Shown: in pieces, positions 10,545 to 22,249 of the stretch | How positions within the stretch are numbered: the first letter of the stretch is position 1 | How the letters are laid out: each line of letters starts with the position of its first letter | Assembly: GCF_001194135.2 (NCBI RefSeq) | Contig: NC_068984.1 | Location: forward strand, 58,397,490 to 58,448,612 | From: Octopus bimaculoides | Lineage: Eukaryota | Length of the DNA stretch: 51,123 nt | Reading direction: 5' to 3' | Program-made: the position numbers and the translations under genes | Notes under the pieces: model-generated | What the model was told of the DNA's origin: nothing | Seen by the model: the letters and a program-made list of their open reading frames with translations, nothing else | Database searches by the model: none

Positions 10545-10762
10545 GTCTGTATCTGTGTTTGCTCCCCTCCCACCATCGCTTGGCAACCGATGTTGGTGTG
10601 CTTACGTCCCTGTAACTTAGCGGTTCGGTAAAAGAAGCGCTAGAATAAATACTAGGCATGCAAAGAATGAGTCCTGGGATCGATTTCTTCAGCTAAAACC
10701 CTTTAGGGCGGTGCTCCAGCATGGTTGCAGCCAAGTGACTGGAATAAGTAAAAGAATAAGAT
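10545..10762 (+). mobile_element. SINE 3' portion
   Basis: CCATCGCTTGGCAACCGATG...GCGGTGCTCCAGCATGG...AAGTAAAAGA; an inverted homologue lies at 40935-41135. Confidence 0.8.
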
Positions 10763-10779
10763 GGACTCCCTCGTCCAAG

Positions 10780-11056
10780 ACGACGCATTACCATTCATCT
10801 TTTTGCCGAACGACCTGCACAAATGATTTGTCCATAGCGATCAAATGCTCGTGCTGCATTTTAGCTCACTCTCTCCAGGAAATCGACGTTGTCAGAGGTG
10901 CATTGTGTACCACGCATCAGGTAACGAAGTGATTGCAGAACAATGTGAGATGAATGTTTTTGCTGAAGAACGCAACGCACCACCCGGTCTAAGAACTGAA
11001 ATCACGATCTATCGATCGTGAGTGCAACACCCTGACCAATAAGGCATGCGCCTTCA
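10780..11056 (-). mobile_element. tRNA-derived SINE, degenerate
   Basis: Minus strand starts with a tRNA-like head (GTGAAGGCGCATG...GGGTGTTGCACTCACGATCG...GGGTGGTGCGTTGCGTTCTT). Confidence 0.6.
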
Positions 11057-11162
11057 CACACAATATGTAATTTATACGTGTGTGTGTGTGTGTGTTTGTG
11101 ATTGTGTCTGTGCACATATACGTGCAGGCGTGCACATACAGACGCACACGCACACACACATA

Positions 11163-11211
<49 letters not shown>

Positions 11212-11559
11212 CCACAGTGCAATGTTATAACTAATGTCATTCGAGAACTTTAACCGACCTACTTTCACTATTGGGATCTTCACTAAAATGGAAAAGACAT
11301 GACAAACAACAATATTACTCTGATTTGTTCAAGCATGCGAACAACTCATAAGTGTTGTAATTTACTTTTCTGTTTGTTTCGGGGTTTTTTGGTGTGGGGA
11401 GGTTTTTGTGTTGTTTTTTTTTGCAACTGCTTGAATGAGACATAATTTTAACACCACAGATGTAGTTTATGACCGGGATTTCCTGCGAGATGCACTTAAA
11501 TACTTAAAACTATGAGGATTCTGTTTTTCAAAGATAAGTATTATGGGATTAGTTACGAC

Positions 11560-11790
11560 ATAAGACTGGCCAAGCCAACGAAAAAAAGCACTACATAATC
11601 ACTTAACTTGGTAATTTGCTCGAAATAGCAACCACACCTCTATATAACCTCTCCCTGGCGTCTGAAAGTTGATCTTACTACACTGTGTCTAGAAAAAGAC
11701 GGGATGGACATGGTTGGAATGCCTTTACTCTTAGGGCTATTCGATTAAGACTGTCTTCGAACTAAACAACAATAACAAGAACTGCAGCAG
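11560..11790 (+). mobile_element. SINE-like repeat 3' part with (AAC)n tail
   Basis: GAAATAGCAACCA...GACGGGATGGACATGGTTGGAATGCCTTT...CTAAACAACAA; fragments recur near 30540-30720 and 39540-39670. Confidence 0.5.
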
Positions 11791-11989
11791 CAGAAAAAGC
11801 AATAACAACAATATGGCACTAATGAAGCCGATACGAGAGCTTTCAACCATTCATAAGCCAATGGGGAGCCTCAACGATTTCGCTCGATTGTCTACAAATA
11901 ACAGTCAAATCTCTCAAATTACACCCTACTATTAAAAAAAAAATTACTGCACCATTGTATTGATCAGGCTATCGGATGTTGTTGCACGT

Positions 11990-12860
11990 CACTGGTCACA
12001 ATGCTCTTCCAGTTCTTTCTTGATTGCACCGTTCTTTACCATCTTGGCCCAAATCGTATAACAAAAGCGTTCTCCCATCGTCATGGAGGCCTTCCGAATG
12101 GTCTTTTCCGATCTCTTGGATACCACTCGGTAACAGCACAAGTCCGCCTGTTGTCCGTGAACCTTGCAGCATGTCCAACCCATCAGAACTTGTGTTTTCC
12201 GTGTTCTGCGCACCGTTTTCGAATTATCTGCTTTTGGATAGGCTCTCGCAATGATATTCCTAGAATATATATTTCCATGGCTCTTTGCGTCATAACCAAT
12301 CGTTGTTATTCTCTCTTTGTAATAACCCACGTCTCACATGTATATAAGAGCGTATGTAGGATGGTGCTATTGCAAAGTTTGACACGTGTGTATGTGTTGA
12401 GCTTTGCTTTAAGCAGATCTTTTATTGAAGTAAATATCTTTTACCCTGCCCTTATTCTCTTCGAGATTTCAGCATTCATGTTTCGGTGCATATTCATCAT
12501 GTTCCCCAAGTGGATGTACTACTTTACCCTCTCGATTTATCGCTTTCCATCTCTATTTGGCCTTGTACTACGTTTCCAGACTGCATGTATTTTGTTATCA
12601 TACAGATCGTTTTAAGGCCTACGGATGAGCTATGGGTACCCAACTCTGTCAGCATGGTTTTCTGCTGATCTGTGGTTTGGGCGATGAGTACGAGTCATCT
12701 GCTAATCGGGAGTAAGCGAATAGCTCGCCGATGATATTCACACCACCTGTGTAGCTAATGTTTCTGATGACCACTTTTAGATATGCGGTGAAGAGCTTTA
12801 GCGAGATGATATTTCTTTGTTTGGTGCCCTTCCCACCAATAAGAGTTCCAAAAGGAAAAA
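11990..12860 (-). pseudogene. RTE-clade LINE, RT and C-terminal region, 5'-truncated
   Basis: KGTKQRNIISLKLFTAYLKVV...SRLADD (degenerate GVRQGD and YADD boxes) and WAGHVARFTDNRRTCAVTEWYPRDRKRPFGRPP; multiple frameshifts and stops. Confidence 0.92.
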
Positions 12861-12957
12861 GAAAAGAAATAACGTTGCACAAGTTAATGTAAGATATACG
12901 ATGTCCAAAAGAAACAGACGGCTGGAACGTTTATTATCCTGCTTTATCAGGATAGTG

Positions 12958-13052
12958 ATGATGACGACGACGACGACGACGACAACGGTGATGATGATGA
13001 TGTTTATGATGCAGGAGAGAAGGAGGAGAAGGAGAAAGACGACGATGACGAC
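12958..13052. repeat. Compound (GAT/GAC/GGA) trinucleotide microsatellite
   Basis: Read directly. Confidence 0.85.
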
Positions 13053-14462
13053 GTTCCTTTTTTAAGCATCCTGTATCTCGCACATTATTCTTTTTTAAGA
13101 TAATAGAGAAAATTTTCCCAATTGTGATCTTGCAGTAGCTTTCTCATTGACTTGACCAGTGTTGAGATCTTTTCTGTTTGACTGCACCTGTGGAAATCTT
13201 AAAGTTTAGTTAAATTTTTAAAATTTGGTATATTGATGTAATTTTCGACGCTGAATCTCAGGGACTATTCCCTTTGTCCAGAATTTTCATTTTTTTTTTG
13301 TTAATGTTACAGAGGTTTAAATTTTGATCATTTTTACCCAGTCAGAAAACAGGATTTGAAAGCTGTCATTTTGTGCATGACAGCACGTGTTGTCAGCTGC
13401 AAATAAATGAAATATTAGCAGAATTCTGCTTTACGTACGCCATATAACCCCCTCATAACTTTCTTATTATTTGGAATTTTCAGAAAATATTTGCGAATTT
13501 GTATTCTACATGCGGGAATTCATACAATTATGGAAAAATAAAAAAAAATTGAGGCGTGATTTACGGACTATGTAGCTGTTAATTTTAGCGCATCTCACGA
13601 CCACCTTATATCTCATGTTTTAAGCATCTAATAAGCGAAAAATGACCACGTGGTTGATCAGCTTGGTAATAGCTTGGCTTGTTACTATGGAAACAGGCAC
13701 CTATATGTCTGTGGTTTTCGATTGGCTAAAGTTACCCAAAATTTGCAAACTTTAAAAGCTATTAACTCTTTATTTATTGAATTATGGCGAAAATAAATTC
13801 CATGTCAATGATTACCATACAAAACTACGCTAATACACCAAATATTAAATCAATTGGGACAGAAATTGAAAAGTGACAACCAAACAGAACATCCTGTAAC
13901 ATCCCATAATACTTATCTTTCAAAAGTAGGATCCTCTTATTTTTAAATATTTCAAGTGTCCTGTAAGAAATCCCGGTTATAAACAACATCTGTGGTGTTA
14001 AAGATAAGAATAAGTTCCCCCATTCAAGCAGTTGTGAAGAAAACTTGAAAAATAAATGGTAACACTTATGAGCTGTTTGCATGTTTAAAGAAATCGGAGT
14101 AATATTATTGTTATCTGTCTTCTCCTTTTTCATTTTGGTGAAGATCACAACAGTGGAAGGGTGAAAGTAGATCGGTTAAAGTTTCTGGAAATTCGATAAT
14201 ATTAGATTATCGAAATTTTTGGAAGATAAAGACAATAGAAAAAAAAAAACTTTGTCTTCCAAGCAAATTCACGAAAGTAATAGAATGGAATATGTGCATA
14301 AAGATCAATAGTATGGGATACATGTCTCATGGCTAGAATTTTTTTAGGGTGTGTAAAAAGGGAAAGAACCCCCATGTGCAATTTTGATGAAATTCGAATC
14401 ATATGTATTCCAGTTCCTTACAGAAAATATAATAGAAAAATCTCATTCTTCAATTGCATGTA

Positions 14463-14491
14463 ACACGGGCAACGCCGGGTATCTCTGCTAG
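14463..14491 (+). mobile_element. Helitron-type 3' terminus
   Basis: ACACGGGCAACGCCGGGTATCTCTGCTAG followed by T; matches 321-351. 5' end not identified. Confidence 0.7.
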
Positions 14492-14529
14492 TATATAATA
14501 AAGGAGAGAGAGGAATTTCACTTGAATGT

Positions 14530-14641
14530 TCGCTACAATCCTTTCGGGTTCTATAAAACAAGTAGCAACTGAGTACTGGGGTCGATGTAATCAACTATCC
14601 CCCTCCCCTAAATTTCAGGCCCTGTGCCTATAGCAGAAAAG

Positions 14642-14677
<36 letters not shown>
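14530..14677 (+). mobile_element. SINE 3' fragment ending in (ATT)n
   Basis: AGTACTGGGGTCGATGTAATCAACT...CAGGCCCTGTGCCTATAG...(ATT)12. Confidence 0.7.
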
Positions 14678-14680
<3 letters not shown>

Positions 14681-15334
14681 TAGTTTTATTTTTATAACGT
14701 GCTTTCACTTCACTACCGAGCGCAGCTCTGTGCGCCTTGGGTATGTGCTGTGGTTTGCTGTGGTGCTCTTATGTTTACTGTATTGAAAGTGTTTTGCGTA
14801 GAATGTGTGCAGTACCCAGTAGTGCAATTTTCTGTATGTTATATATATTTGTAAGTCCTGGTGTTTTTGTTATGTATTTGTCTGAATATTTTTTTNNNNN
14901 NNNNNNNNNNNNNNNNNNNNNNNNNNNNNNNNNNNNNNNNNNNNNNNNNNNNNNNNNNNNNNNNNNNNNNNNNNNNNNNNNNNNNNNNNNNNNNNNNNNN
15001 NNNNNNNNNNNNNNNNNNNNNNNNNNNNNNNNNNNNNNNNNNNNNNNNNNNNNNNNNNNNNNNNNNNNNNNNNNNNNNNNNNNNNNNNNNNNNNNNNNNN
15101 NNNNNNNNNNNNNNNNNNNNNNNNNNNNNGTCTATTTGCCTTAATTTCTCTATCTGTGTGTATTGGCATATCCCAGAGTATGGTTGCTTTCTCGTTTTCT
15201 GTGACCTTTTCTGGCGTGTGTTTATACCATCTTTTTTCTGTTGCTATTCCATAATGTTGGCATAGCTTCCAGTGTATATAGGTCCCAGCTCTGTCGTGTC
15301 TGTGAATATATTCCTTCTTAGCCAGGACTGGGCA
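14678..15334 (-). mobile_element. 5'-truncated R4/Dong-clade non-LTR retrotransposon (restriction-like endonuclease region) in (TAA)n
   Basis: CPVLAKKEYIHRHD...IHWKLC...WYKHTPEKVTENEKATILWDMPIHTDREIKANR-[gap]-KIALLGTAHILRKTLSIQ* (stop 14775-14777); short 3' UTR; (AAT)n on both sides. Confidence 0.9.
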
Positions 15335-15365
15335 ATTATTATTATTATTATTATTATTATTGTTA

Positions 15366-15407
<42 letters not shown>

Positions 15408-15408
<1 letters not shown>

Positions 15409-15610
15409 GGCGAGCTGGCAGAATCGTTAGCACGCCGGGAGAAGTATTTAACGTCATTTCCTCCGTCTCTATGTTCTGAGTTCAAATTCCGCCGAGGTCG
15501 ACAAATAAGTACCAGTGAAACACTGGAGTCGATATAATCGACTCCATCCCCACATATTTCAGGCCTTGTACCTATAATTGAAAGGATTATTATTATTATT
15601 ATTATTATTA
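15408..15610 (+). mobile_element. tRNA-head SINE of the Nin/Deu-domain-like family, with an internal deletion
   Basis: GGCGAGCTGGCAGAATCGTTAG...GAGTTCAAATTCCGCCGAGGTCGAC...AAGTACCAG...(ATT)n tail; compare 21422-21661. Confidence 0.85.
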
Positions 15611-16513
15611 TTGCTTTCCCTATCGATAAACACTCGTCAATAAAGTAAGTGTAGAAATCGTTGTCAGACGACAGATGCACATTTATTTTCACAGTTGGAG
15701 ACTCGATGCTTTAGTAAGATCTGCAGCAATGACGTTATTGATCACTTATCTAGTATGTGAAATCCAGTTCATTAAAAGAAAGAAAACTCAACCAAAAGGT
15801 GTGATGCATGATAATGCAAAAGGTATTTGAACGACTACTGTGAAAATTTCAAATTGAAGATATTTAGTTTCTCAACGAATGGAAAATTTATTGAACATTT
15901 TGGTCAGATGGATAATCATGCATTTACGTGATTAAATACATAATTCTCTGTTCTCAGTGAAATCGTGATGAAGTAAAATTATGTGATATAGGTACGTACA
16001 AAGAAATTTCTTGAATGCAATTAAACTTAAGGCTTTTATCAAGTTGTAATATATAGAGTTATGTCCCTTGAAATACTTGAAATTTATTTCCAAATCATCT
16101 GATGACATAAATTTTGCAACACTCCAGTGTCTCTTCAGTCGTCGATGAGATACTAACAATGAGGGAATTACCGAGGAAAAATCTCCATCTAGCTCATAAC
16201 GGCTGTTTGAGAGATAACGCTTGAAGAAGAGTGCAGTTGGTATCACATCACCGGTAAAATATTGTGACAACTGTCAGAATATCGAATTCTCAATATCAAA
16301 TTCATCTAACTTTAAATATATAGTATTATAGAAAAGCACCTGCTCGCTGTGTAAATAGTGTGGACTCTGTATAGTGGGTAATTATTTGGGAACAGTACCC
16401 TTTTTATGAGGTCTGAGAAAAGTAGAACCAAAAACAAAATTCCCTTCTCGTGTCACGAAAGGCTGATTCCACCATAGAAACTTTGATTTTTACTAGCAAA
16501 GACCTCTACTTAA

Positions 16514-16721
16514 TCCTTTAGCATCTAAATTGGCCATACCCGGCCTAAATATGCTACCTATTTTATGTTCGAACTGGTCAGATCTAGTCTCTCACACCTA
16601 TCCTACAATATAGCCAATAACATCATCAATATCTCAACTCTATGATATAATACATGATTAATTCAAAATAATACGAATAAATAAGCTTTACATTTGTCAG
16701 AGTAATTTGAACACTAAAAGG
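16514..16721 (+). mobile_element. piggyBac-type MITE, decayed
   Basis: TTAA-TCCTTTAGCAT...ACTAAAAGG-TTGA; homologous to 43364-43583. Confidence 0.75.
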
Positions 16722-17535
16722 TTGATTTATTTCAAATCGATAGCAAAATATTTATCACGACGACGTTACTTTACAGAAAATGGCTAGTGAAGACAACAGA
16801 GAATTACACTAGTATGGAGAGACGAATTTTTCTGCAGTGTACTTTNNNNNNNNNNNNNNNNNNNNNNNNNNNNNNNNNNNNNNNNNNNNNNNNNNNNNNN
16901 NNNNNNNNNNNNNNNNNNNNNNNNNNNNNNNNNNNNNNNNNNNNNNNNNNNNNNNNNNNNNNNNNNNNNNNNNNNNNNNNNNNNNNNNNNNNNNNNNNNN
17001 NNNNNNNNNNNNNNNNNNNNNNNNNNNNNNNNNNNNNNNNNNNNNNNNNNNNNNNNNNNNNNNNNNNNNNNNNNNNNNNNNNNNNNNNNNNNNNNNNNNN
17101 NNNNNNNNNNNNNNNNNNNNNNNNNNNNNNNNNNNNNNNNNNNNNNNNNNNNNNNNNNNNNNNNNNNNNNNNNNNNNNNNNNNNNNNNNNNNNNNNNNNN
17201 NNNNNNNNNNNNNNNNNNNNNNNNNNNNNNNNNNNNNNNNNNNNNNNNNNNNNNNNNNNNNNNNNNNNNNNNNNNNNNNNNNNNNNNNNNNNNNNNNNNN
17301 NNNNNNNNNNNNNNNNNNNNNNNNNNNNNNNNNNNNNNNNNNNNNNNNNNNNNNNNNNNNNNNNNNNNNNNNNNNNNNNNNNNNNNNNNNNNNNNNNNNN
17401 NNNNNNNNNNNNNNNNNNNNNNNNNNNNNNNNNNNNNNNNNNNNNNNNNNNNNNNNNNNNNNNNNNNNNNNNNNNNNNNNNNNNNNNNNNNNNNNNNNNN
17501 NNNNNNNNNNNNNNNNNNNNNNNNNNNNNNNNNNN

Positions 17536-18036
17536 GTCAGGATTCTTTTTTTTTGGTTTGATGTCGGTATTGAAGGGATTACCAGACACCGGACAATACA
17601 GTGAGAGCAGCTTTCACTAACATCGTGGTATTCGATGCTGTGTACGTGTCTGTCGTGGTAAAATATGCCACTCCTTAACTGTCGCTTTGCCTTCATCCGT
17701 AGCACGAGGTAATTATAAATGTCATTATCTGTGAAATTCGGCAACTTACAAAGATCTTTAGTCCAATCTGCTGAAAGCAGATTGGGATCAGGCAATACTT
17801 CACCGAGAGGAGATATAAGCTTCTGCTTATTCCTGTCTGAAGTATCGTCCCATACTTCAGACTTATCGTCCGATGAATTTACTTTGTTGACATTCTTCTT
17901 CGACAGAATTTTTATACTTTTCAATCAAGTCCGCCTTTCTTCCAGTAACATACTGTCCATATAATCTTAAATATTTCTTTAACTCAGGCACAGTAAGTAC
18001 TTCGATAGCTGAATCATCGAACTGCTTTATATCCAT
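17536..18036 (-). pseudogene. Frameshifted ORF: N-terminal SAP motif plus a region resembling the SWIM/YqaJ-type second ORF of ISL2EU/Kolobok-like DNA transposons
   Basis: ATG at 18036: MDIKQFDDSAIEVLTVPELKKYLRLYGQYVTGRKADLIEK (SAP-like). After a frameshift near 17915: WTKDLCKLPNFTDNDIYNYLV...CIVRCLVIPS, running into the gap. Family call is from motif recall only. Confidence 0.55.
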
Positions 18037-18651
18037 AAGATGTAAAACAATAACAATAGCGTGGATAGTCTGCGGAAGTTTAATTGTCTACATGGAGCGC
18101 CGCCTAGCCAAGGGAGATAACCTACTTATAGAGAAGCCCTTATATCCACAGAGGTTTGTTGTTCACAAATGCAATACGTGTTGTTTGCGTGAATATCGTG
18201 GAATAAGCTAACATTCGCGGTTACGTCCCTTGCTTCAAGTATCCCACCTAATTTCAATTACTGTTTTTACGTGTTGTCAAGTTTGTCTCCATGTCAAGTT
18301 AGCTAATTTAACATAAGTTTGGTTAGATATTTATGTAATAAATCATTATTTGTAAAATATAAACTGGTTCCGGTGTTTCTTCTTGCATAAATTTGATTAT
18401 TAATATCCTTTTGTCCATAAATGAAATTTTGAAGGATGATTCATGTTGCTGTGTTGAGGAGTTCTTTGATCATAAAATATTCACATGAATCCGTTGATGA
18501 AGGTATCATATAGAAGACTTAGTTCTTATTACCTACGAAGTTGGAAGAAGCAAAGCCACTGCAATATATTTAAATCAAACTTCTTAGTCCTACAAATAAT
18601 AAACACAGTATCCACTCTTCCACCATTAATAGTAGTTATATAAAACACCAT

Positions 18652-18800
18652 CATCATCATTTAGCATTCGTTTTCCATACTGGCATGAGTTGGATGGTTC
18701 AACAGGGACTGGTGAGCCAGAGGGCTGTACAAAGCAGTTTCTACATGATTTAACATGGTTTCTACAACTGTATACCCTTCCAGATCCCATCTACTTTATG
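18652..18800 (-). mobile_element. Old copy of the (GAT)n-tailed retroposon-like repeat
   Basis: CATCATCATTTAGCATTCGTTTTCCATACTGGCATGAGTTGG..., diverged from 28425-28668. Confidence 0.65.
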
Positions 18801-19954
18801 GAGCGTGCAAAACCAGATGCAAAATAATTTGAATAATGCAATTTTTCTGATGTTCCAGTTGTTCTCAATAGCCATTTTCTGTAACGTGTCTTCATTTATT
18901 ACAGAAAATCAGCTGAGTCTTCATTTCTATAACTGACTCTTCATTTCAAACAGTTCTTCGAGTTTATTTATGTAAAGTAGGAATATTGGCAGAGTTAATA
19001 AAGTGTTAGGTAGAATGCTCTGCAGTATTTGTTCTCTTTCTATTTTGAGTTCAAATTACACCATGGTCTACTTTGCATTTCATCCTTTCGGGGTAAACAA
19101 AAAGTACCAATCCAAGGCAGTGGACAGGCAGAGAGTTAGTATGCCTGGTGGTATGTTCTGGCTCTTTGCATTCTGACAGCAAAACCTTACAATTGCCAGT
19201 CTTTTGCAGAATATCTTGCCTGGGTCTGTGCATACAGATACAACTAAATGGTCAATCCTGATGACAAAGACTTAAATAATAAATTATAATGATTTGAAAG
19301 CTTGGAAAAAGACATGAGCGTCACATCCTGTTTTTCATCTATTAAATATCTAATATTAATTGCTGGCAACTTCTCTTAAGCCATCTTAACTTTATCATGA
19401 TTTCAAGATTTGGAATTTTCACATTTTAATATCCCCCACTCCCCACTATATGACTAAATATTCTTAATTTCTTTAAACTGTTGATATTCTTGTTTTAATA
19501 ATGCTACTAACATCAGGACCTCTGTGGAAAAAACTATTAGAATAGTTTCCAGTTTCCTATTCCAACTCCATGTTACTTGAAATTTGGTTTTGTTAGGCTA
19601 TGGCGCTCTTGTTGCTGATAAAGATGTACTCTATTCATGACATCAAATAACAGCTAAGTGATCTTAGTCAGTAAAAAAATGTTTTGGTCACTGACATAAG
19701 AAATTCCTACTCCATCATTTATGATTGAGTAGGAATTGACTCTTTGCTCCCCATCCACCATACCAACCTCTGCAGTCTGACAGTCTATTCACTCAGCCAA
19801 TATCATAAATCTTAATTATCTGTACACAGGATTAAAACCAGCAGTTAATTTAGCATGGAAAGCATTTGTGGTTGTTCAAGGGAAGTGGAAATGTGGTCCA
19901 TTTATTTTTGTCTGTCGTGACCGTTGATGATATGCATGCTTGAGAAGTCCTGTG

Positions 19955-20360
19955 AAGCCAAGTGAAATTGTATTTGTGGCTGATGCCAGTGTCACATAAC
20001 AGGCACCCATGCCGGTGGCATGTAAAAAGCACCCTTTGAACATTGGGCTTCATGAAGGTGTTAAGTGACCAAGACCTTTGGTGATATGCTGTGCTTGACA
20101 AGACTCATCAAGCCAAGTGAAACTGTAGTTGTGACTAATGCTGGTGTCACATAACTGGCACCCGTGCCAGTGGCATGTAAAAAGCACCCATTACACACTT
20201 GGAGTGGTTGGCATTAGGAAGGACATTCAGCCTTAGAAACCATGCCAAATCAGATTGGTGTCTGATGCAGCTCTCCAGCTTACCAGTTTCAATCAAACCG
20301 TCTAAGCCATATCAGCATGAAAAGCAGAAGTTAAATGATGATGATGATGATGGTGATGAT
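19955..20360 (+). mobile_element. Old (GAT)n-tailed retroposon-like repeat(s)
   Basis: GGTGGCATGTAAAAAGCACCC twice, GAGTGGTTGGCATTAGGAAGG, ending GTTAAATGATGATG. Confidence 0.75.
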
Positions 20361-20363
20361 TAA

Positions 20364-20584
20364 CCCTTTAGCATTTAAACTGGCCTTACCCTGCCAAAAT
20401 ATTCTACCTGTTTTATTGTTCAAACTGGATTGATCAAGTCTTTCACACCTACCCTACAATGCCATCCTAAAAATAAACAGTCACATCGTCAAAATCTCAA
20501 AGCTATGAGATAATGCATGATTAATTCAAAACAATCTGATTAAATAAGCATCATATTTGATAGAGTAATCTAAGTGATAAGGGG
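20364..20584 (+). mobile_element. piggyBac-type MITE
   Basis: TTAA-CCCTTTAGCATTT...GATAAGGGG-TTAA. Confidence 0.85.
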
Positions 20585-21145
20585 TTAAAGAGTGAGTTCA
20601 TACAATAGAAGTCAGCCTTTCAGTCTCATTCAAAACTAAAAATCATTTTATTTATGTTGCTAATGTTGCTAGGAATTGCATACACATGGCTTGCTTTTTT
20701 TGCTAACAAATCTCAGGCTATATTCAAATGTAAGAAAAAATATATTATTTTCCAATTTCAGTCAGTACTAAGCAAGCAAGGAAATAATTTCTTAGTAGAT
20801 TCAATTAAAAAGTGTCATATTATGACACTTTTTAAACTTTCTTTTGTTACCATATTTTCATTGAAAAATAGTTTTTGTTTCAATTAATTTTGGAAATAAT
20901 GAAGAATTTAGGTGTTTGAAATATAAATTAACATGAAATTTTGATGGAAGGTTTTTAGATCACTTTAACCATTTATTTGCCTGACTTAAGTATTTTCATA
21001 AGTTTCTCTTAAACATTTATTCTTGTTTTACGACTTTTAGTTAGCCCTTGTTCCATACATTCTGAATAATATAAAACTTTCCTTTCATAAGTCCCAAGTT
21101 ACTCTGGCAAGTGAGAAAAAAAAAGGAAATGTTTATCATATATAT

Positions 21146-21413
21146 CGTTGCCAGTGCCCCTGGACTGGCTTGTGCGGGTGGCACATAAAAGACACCATTT
21201 CGAGCGTGGCCGTTTTCGTGCGGGTGACACGTAAAAGCACCCACTACACTCTCTGAGTGGTTGGCGTTAGGAAGGGCATCCAGCTGTAGAAACTCTGCCA
21301 AATCAGACTGGAGCCTGGTGTTGCCATCCGGTTTCACCAGTCCTCAGTCAAATCGTCCAACCCATGCTAGCATGGAAAGCGGACGTTAAACGATGATGAT
21401 GATGATGATGATG
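21146..21413 (+). mobile_element. Young (GAT)n-tailed retroposon-like repeat
   Basis: CpG-rich; ends GCATGGAAAGCGGACGTTAAACG(ATG)n; 207/210 identical to the inverted copy at 28459-28668. Confidence 0.9.
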
Positions 21414-21421
21414 GTACATGG

Positions 21422-21661
21422 TTGACGCGGTGAGCTGGCAGAAACGTTACCATGCCGGGCGAAATGCTTAGCGGTATTTCGTCTGCCGTTACGTTCTGAG
21501 TTCAAATTCCGCCGAGGTCGATTTTGCCTTTCATCCTTTCGGGGTTGATAAATTAAGTACCAGTTACGCACTGGGGTCGATATAATCGACTTAATCTCTT
21601 TGTTTGTCTTTGTTTGTCCCCTCTATGTTTAGCCCCTTGTGGGAAATAAAGAAATAAATAT
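21422..21661 (+). mobile_element. Full-length Nin/Deu-domain-like SINE with 11-bp TSD
   Basis: tRNA-like head; core GCCTTTCATCCTTTCGGGGTTGATAAATTAAGTACCAG; A-rich tail; ATGGTACATGG at 21411-21421 and 21662-21672. Confidence 0.9.
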
Positions 21662-21960
21662 ATGGTACATGGATGCCAGGGAAATGTGTCCTGTGTATCA
21701 CATGTGATTCACAGGACAGGCAAAGGATTAAAATGGGAAGTTTTTACAATTGAACAAGTGGGTAGTTTCAGGCAATTTGGTATCAAAAGCATTAAATGCT
21801 ATCAACTTTTCAGCTAATCAAATAAAAGAAAATTAAGCAAAATGCTTTTTTGTAAAATCCAATGATGTGATTATAAAAAAACTGAAGTTATATATATTAC
21901 ACATTATCTTCTAAAATGGTCTTACAAAATTTGTAGAAATGACAAAATTGAATATTGCTA

Positions 21961-22180
21961 AACACTAGCATTCAAATTATTCTGTCAAATGTAATGCTTA
22001 TTTATTCACATTGTTTTGAATTTATCATTCATTATTTTGTAGCTTCTATATTTCAAAGTTGTAATTGTTTATATTCAGAATGGCACAGTAGGGTAGGTTT
22101 GAGAAGCTTGACCTTGCCAGTTTGAATATAAAACCAGTAGAATATTTGGGCTTGATATGACTGGTTTGAATACTAGAGAG
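21961..22180 (-). mobile_element. piggyBac-type MITE, decayed
   Basis: Reverse-orientation homologue of 43364-43583, ending TACTAGAGAG-TTAA. Confidence 0.7.
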
Positions 22181-22249
22181 TTAATACAGTATTTTTTAAG
22201 GAAATTTAATTTTTTCTCCCCTTTAAACAATAACTTGGAAATTAAAAAC

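Noticed and set aside
12001-12615. 204-aa plus-strand ORF
   Set aside because: Antisense shadow of the RTE LINE; no recognisable motif.
15932-16270. 112-aa minus-strand ORF
   Set aside because: No motif or splice context that I could recognise.
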